Positions 61,117 to 64,000 of a stretch of DNA of 64,000 bases are shown piece by piece. The notes beneath the pieces were generated by a model that was given only the letters and a program-made list of their open reading frames with translations, searched no databases and was not told the origin of the DNA. A program made the translations under genes and the position numbers. The stretch is from Malacoraja senta (taxonomy: Eukaryota): positions 62,001 through 126,000 of the forward strand of contig JAXLNO010000511.1 in the NCBI GenBank assembly GCA_038087875.1, in the 5' to 3' direction. Positions within the stretch are counted from its first letter, which is position 1. Each line of letters begins with the position of its first letter.

Positions 61117-64000
61117 ATAAGGGGGGTGGGGTGTCGAATGGGATAGTGGAGGATGGAGTTAAAGGGAAAGGGTTTCTTAAATGTGTGAGCGTAGAGACAG
61201 AGGAGTGTAAAATGAGGGTAGAAGCAATATGTAGCAAGGTGAAAAGTAAAAGTGGAAGACAGACAAAACCAGGGCAAAAATCAAAAAGGGCCACTTTTCA
61301 ACATAATTGTATAAGGGGTAAGAGTGTTGTAAAAACAAGCCTGAAGGGTTTGTGTCTCAATGCAAGGAGCATTCGTAATAAGGTGGATGAGTTGAATGTG
61401 CAGATAGCTATTAATGACTATGATATTGTTGGGATCACGGAGACATGGCTCCAGGGTGACCAAGGCTGGGAGCTGAACATCCAGGGATATTCAATATTCA
61501 GGAGGGATAGAGAGAAAGGAAAAGGAGGTGGGGTAGCGTTGCTGGTTAGAGAGGACATTAACGCAATGGAAAGGAAGGACATTAGGTTCGAGGATGTGGA
61601 ATCGGTATGGGTAGAGCTGCGAAACACTAAGGGGCAGAAAACGCTGGTGGGTGTTGTGTACAGGCCACCTAACAGTAGTAGTGAAGTTGGAGATGGTATC
61701 AAACAGGAAATTAGAAATGCGTGCGACAAAGGCAAAACAGTTATAATGGGTGACTTCAATCTACATATAGATTGGGTGAATCAAATTGGCAGGGGTGCTG
61801 AGGAAGAGGATTTCTTGGAATGTATGCGGGATAGTTATCTAAATCAACATGTAGAGGAACCAACGAGAGAGCAGGCTATTTTAGACTGGGTATTGAGTAA
61901 TGAGGAAGGGTTAGTTAGCAGTCTTGTTGTACGTGCCCCCTTGGGCAAGAGTGACCATAATATGGTTGAGTTCTTCATTAGGATGGAGAGTGACATTGTG
62001 AATTCAGAAACAATGGTTCTGAACTTAAAGAAAGGTAACTTTGAGGGTATGAGACGTGAATTGGCCAAGATTGACTGGCAATTAATTCTAAAAGGGTTGA
62101 CGGTGGACATGCAATGGAAGACATTTAAAGACTGCATGGATGAACTACAAAAATTATTCATCCCAGTTTGGCAAAAGAATAAATCGGGGAAGGTAGTGCA
62201 TCCGTGGATAACAAGGGAAATCAGGGATGGTATCAAAGCGAAGGATGATGCGTACAAATTAGCCAGAAAAAGCAGCATACCGGAGGACTGGGAGAAATTC
62301 AGAGACCAGCAGAGGAGGACAAAGGGCGTAATTAGGAAAGGAAAAATAGATTATGAAAGAAAACTGGCAGGGAACATAAAAACTGACTGCAAAAGTTTTT
62401 ATAGATATGTAAAAAGAAAGAGATTAGTTAAAACAAATGTAGGTCCCTTGCAGTCAGAAACAGGTGAGTTGATCATGGGGAACAAGGATATGGCGGACCA
62501 ATTGAATAACTACTTTGGTTCCGTCTTCACTAAGGAAGACATAAATAATCTGCCGGAAATAGCAGGGGACCGCGGGTCAAAGGAGTTGGAGGAATTGAGT
62601 GAAATCCAGGTTAGTCGGGAAGTGGTTTTGGGTAAATTGAATGGATTAAAGGCCGATAAATCCCCAGGGCCAGATAGGCTGCATCCCAGAGTACTTAAGG
62701 AAGTAGCTCCAGAAATAGTGGATGCATTAGTAATAATCTTTCAAAACTCTTTAGATTCTGGAGTAGTTCCTGAGGATTGGCGGGTAGCAAACGTAACCCC
62801 ACTTTTTAAGAAGGGAGGGAGAGAGAAAACGGGGAATTACAGACAAGTTAGTCTAACATCGGTAGTGGGGAAACTGCTAGAGTCAGTTATTAAAGATGGG
62901 ATAGCAGCACATTTGGAAAGTGGTGAAATCATTGGACAAAGTCAGCATGGATTTACGAAAGGTAAATCATGTCTGACGAATCTTATAGAATTTTTCGAGG
63001 ATGTAACTAGTAGCGTGGATAGGGGAGAACCAGTGGATGTGGTGTATCTGGACGTCCAGAAGGCTTTCGACAAGGTCCCACATAAGAGATTAGTATACAA
63101 ACTTAAAGCACATGGCATTGGGGGTTCAGTATTGATGTGGAGAGAGAACTGGCTGGCAAACAGGAAGCAAAGAGTAGGAGTAAACGGGTCCTTTTCACAA
63201 TGGCAGGCAGTGACTAGTGGGGTACCGCAAGGCTCAGTGCTGGGACCCCAGCTATTTACAATATATATTAATGACCTGGATGAGGGAATTGAAGGCAATA
63301 TCTCCAAGTTTGCGGATGACACTAAGCTGGGGGCAGTGTTAACTGTGAGGAGGATGCTAGGAGACTGCAAGGTGACTTGGATAGGCTGGGTGAGTGGGAA
63401 AATGTTTGGCAGATGCAGTATAATGTGGATAAATGTGAGGTTATCCATTTTGGTGGCAAAAACAGGAAAGCAGACTATTATCTAAATGGTGGCCGACTAG
63501 GAAAAGGGGAGATGCAGCGAGACCTGGGTGTCATGGTACACCAGTCATTGAAAGTAGGCATGCAGGTGCAGCAGGCAGTGAAGAAAGCGAATGGTATGTT
63601 AGCTTTCATAGCAAAAGGCTTTGAGTATAGGAGCAGGGAGGTTCTACTGCAGTTGTACAGGGTCTTGGTGAGACCACACCTGGAGTATTGCGTACAGTTT
63701 TGGTCTCCAAATCTGAGGAAGGACATTATTGCCATAGAGGGAGTGCAGAGAAGGTTCACCAGACTGATTCCTGGGATGTCAGGACTGTCTTATGAAGAAA
63801 GACTGGATAGACTTGGTTTATACTCTCTAGAAATTAGGAGATTGAGAGGGGATCTTATAGAAACTTACAAAATTCTTAAGGGGTTGGACAGGCTAGATGC
63901 AGGAAGATTGCTCCCGATGTTGGGGAAGTCCTGGACAAGGGGTCACAGCTTAAGGATAAATGGGAAATCCTTTAAAACCGAGATGAGAAGAACTTTGTTC
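61056..64000 (+). pseudogene. CR1 ORF2 (APE-RT), copy 2, same frameshift at 63329-63333, partial
   Basis: Same motifs as copy 1 and the same G5 run after FADDTKL. Confidence 0.92.

Larger units (their letters stand above)
35844..64000 (+). repeat. Macro-repeat unit 2 (internally expanded, runs off the window)
   Basis: Copy of 4588 onward. The offset grows from 31,256 to 43,850 across the internal 3.9-kb repeat array. Confidence 0.8.
59888..64000 (+). mobile_element. CR1 LINE copy 2 (cut by the window end)
   Basis: Matches 16038-20150. I saw four substitutions (61087, 62399, 63342, 63932). Confidence 0.95.

Noticed and set aside
59695..64000. Independent second insertion (satellite-targeting LINE)
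   Set aside because: Identical junctions, shared lesions and over 5 kb of matching flank show segmental duplication.

Overview
Eukaryotic heterochromatin-like window, probably from a cartilaginous fish (inferred from the shark/ray-type CR1 3' tail). About 84% is a single-orientation, CpG-rich 25-bp satellite (consensus GCTGAATTTTCGTCGCTTTTCGCGT) with nested higher-order duplications of 0.55, 0.9, ~2.7 and 3.9 kb. A 6-kb composite retroelement interrupts the array at 15845-21844. It consists of a near full-length CR1 LINE (zinc finger/SGNH-esterase ORF1; APE-RT ORF2 with a 1-nt frameshift) inserted with a GTTTAAA target-site duplication into a rearranged L1-clade LINE (ORF2 C-terminal piece on +, 5'UTR and ORF1 on -). 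Satellite plus insert are duplicated as a macro-unit, and a second, ~99.9% identical insert starts at 59695. No host genes are present, and the many short K/R-rich or F-rich ORFs are translations of the satellite. The two most notable signals are (1) a correctly phased U_UUA_AAC slippery site, 7-nt spacer and G-tract cluster at the CR1 ORF1/ORF2 junction, suggesting -1 ribosomal frameshifting, and (2) a heat-shock-element-like nGAAnnTTCn core in the satellite monomer.
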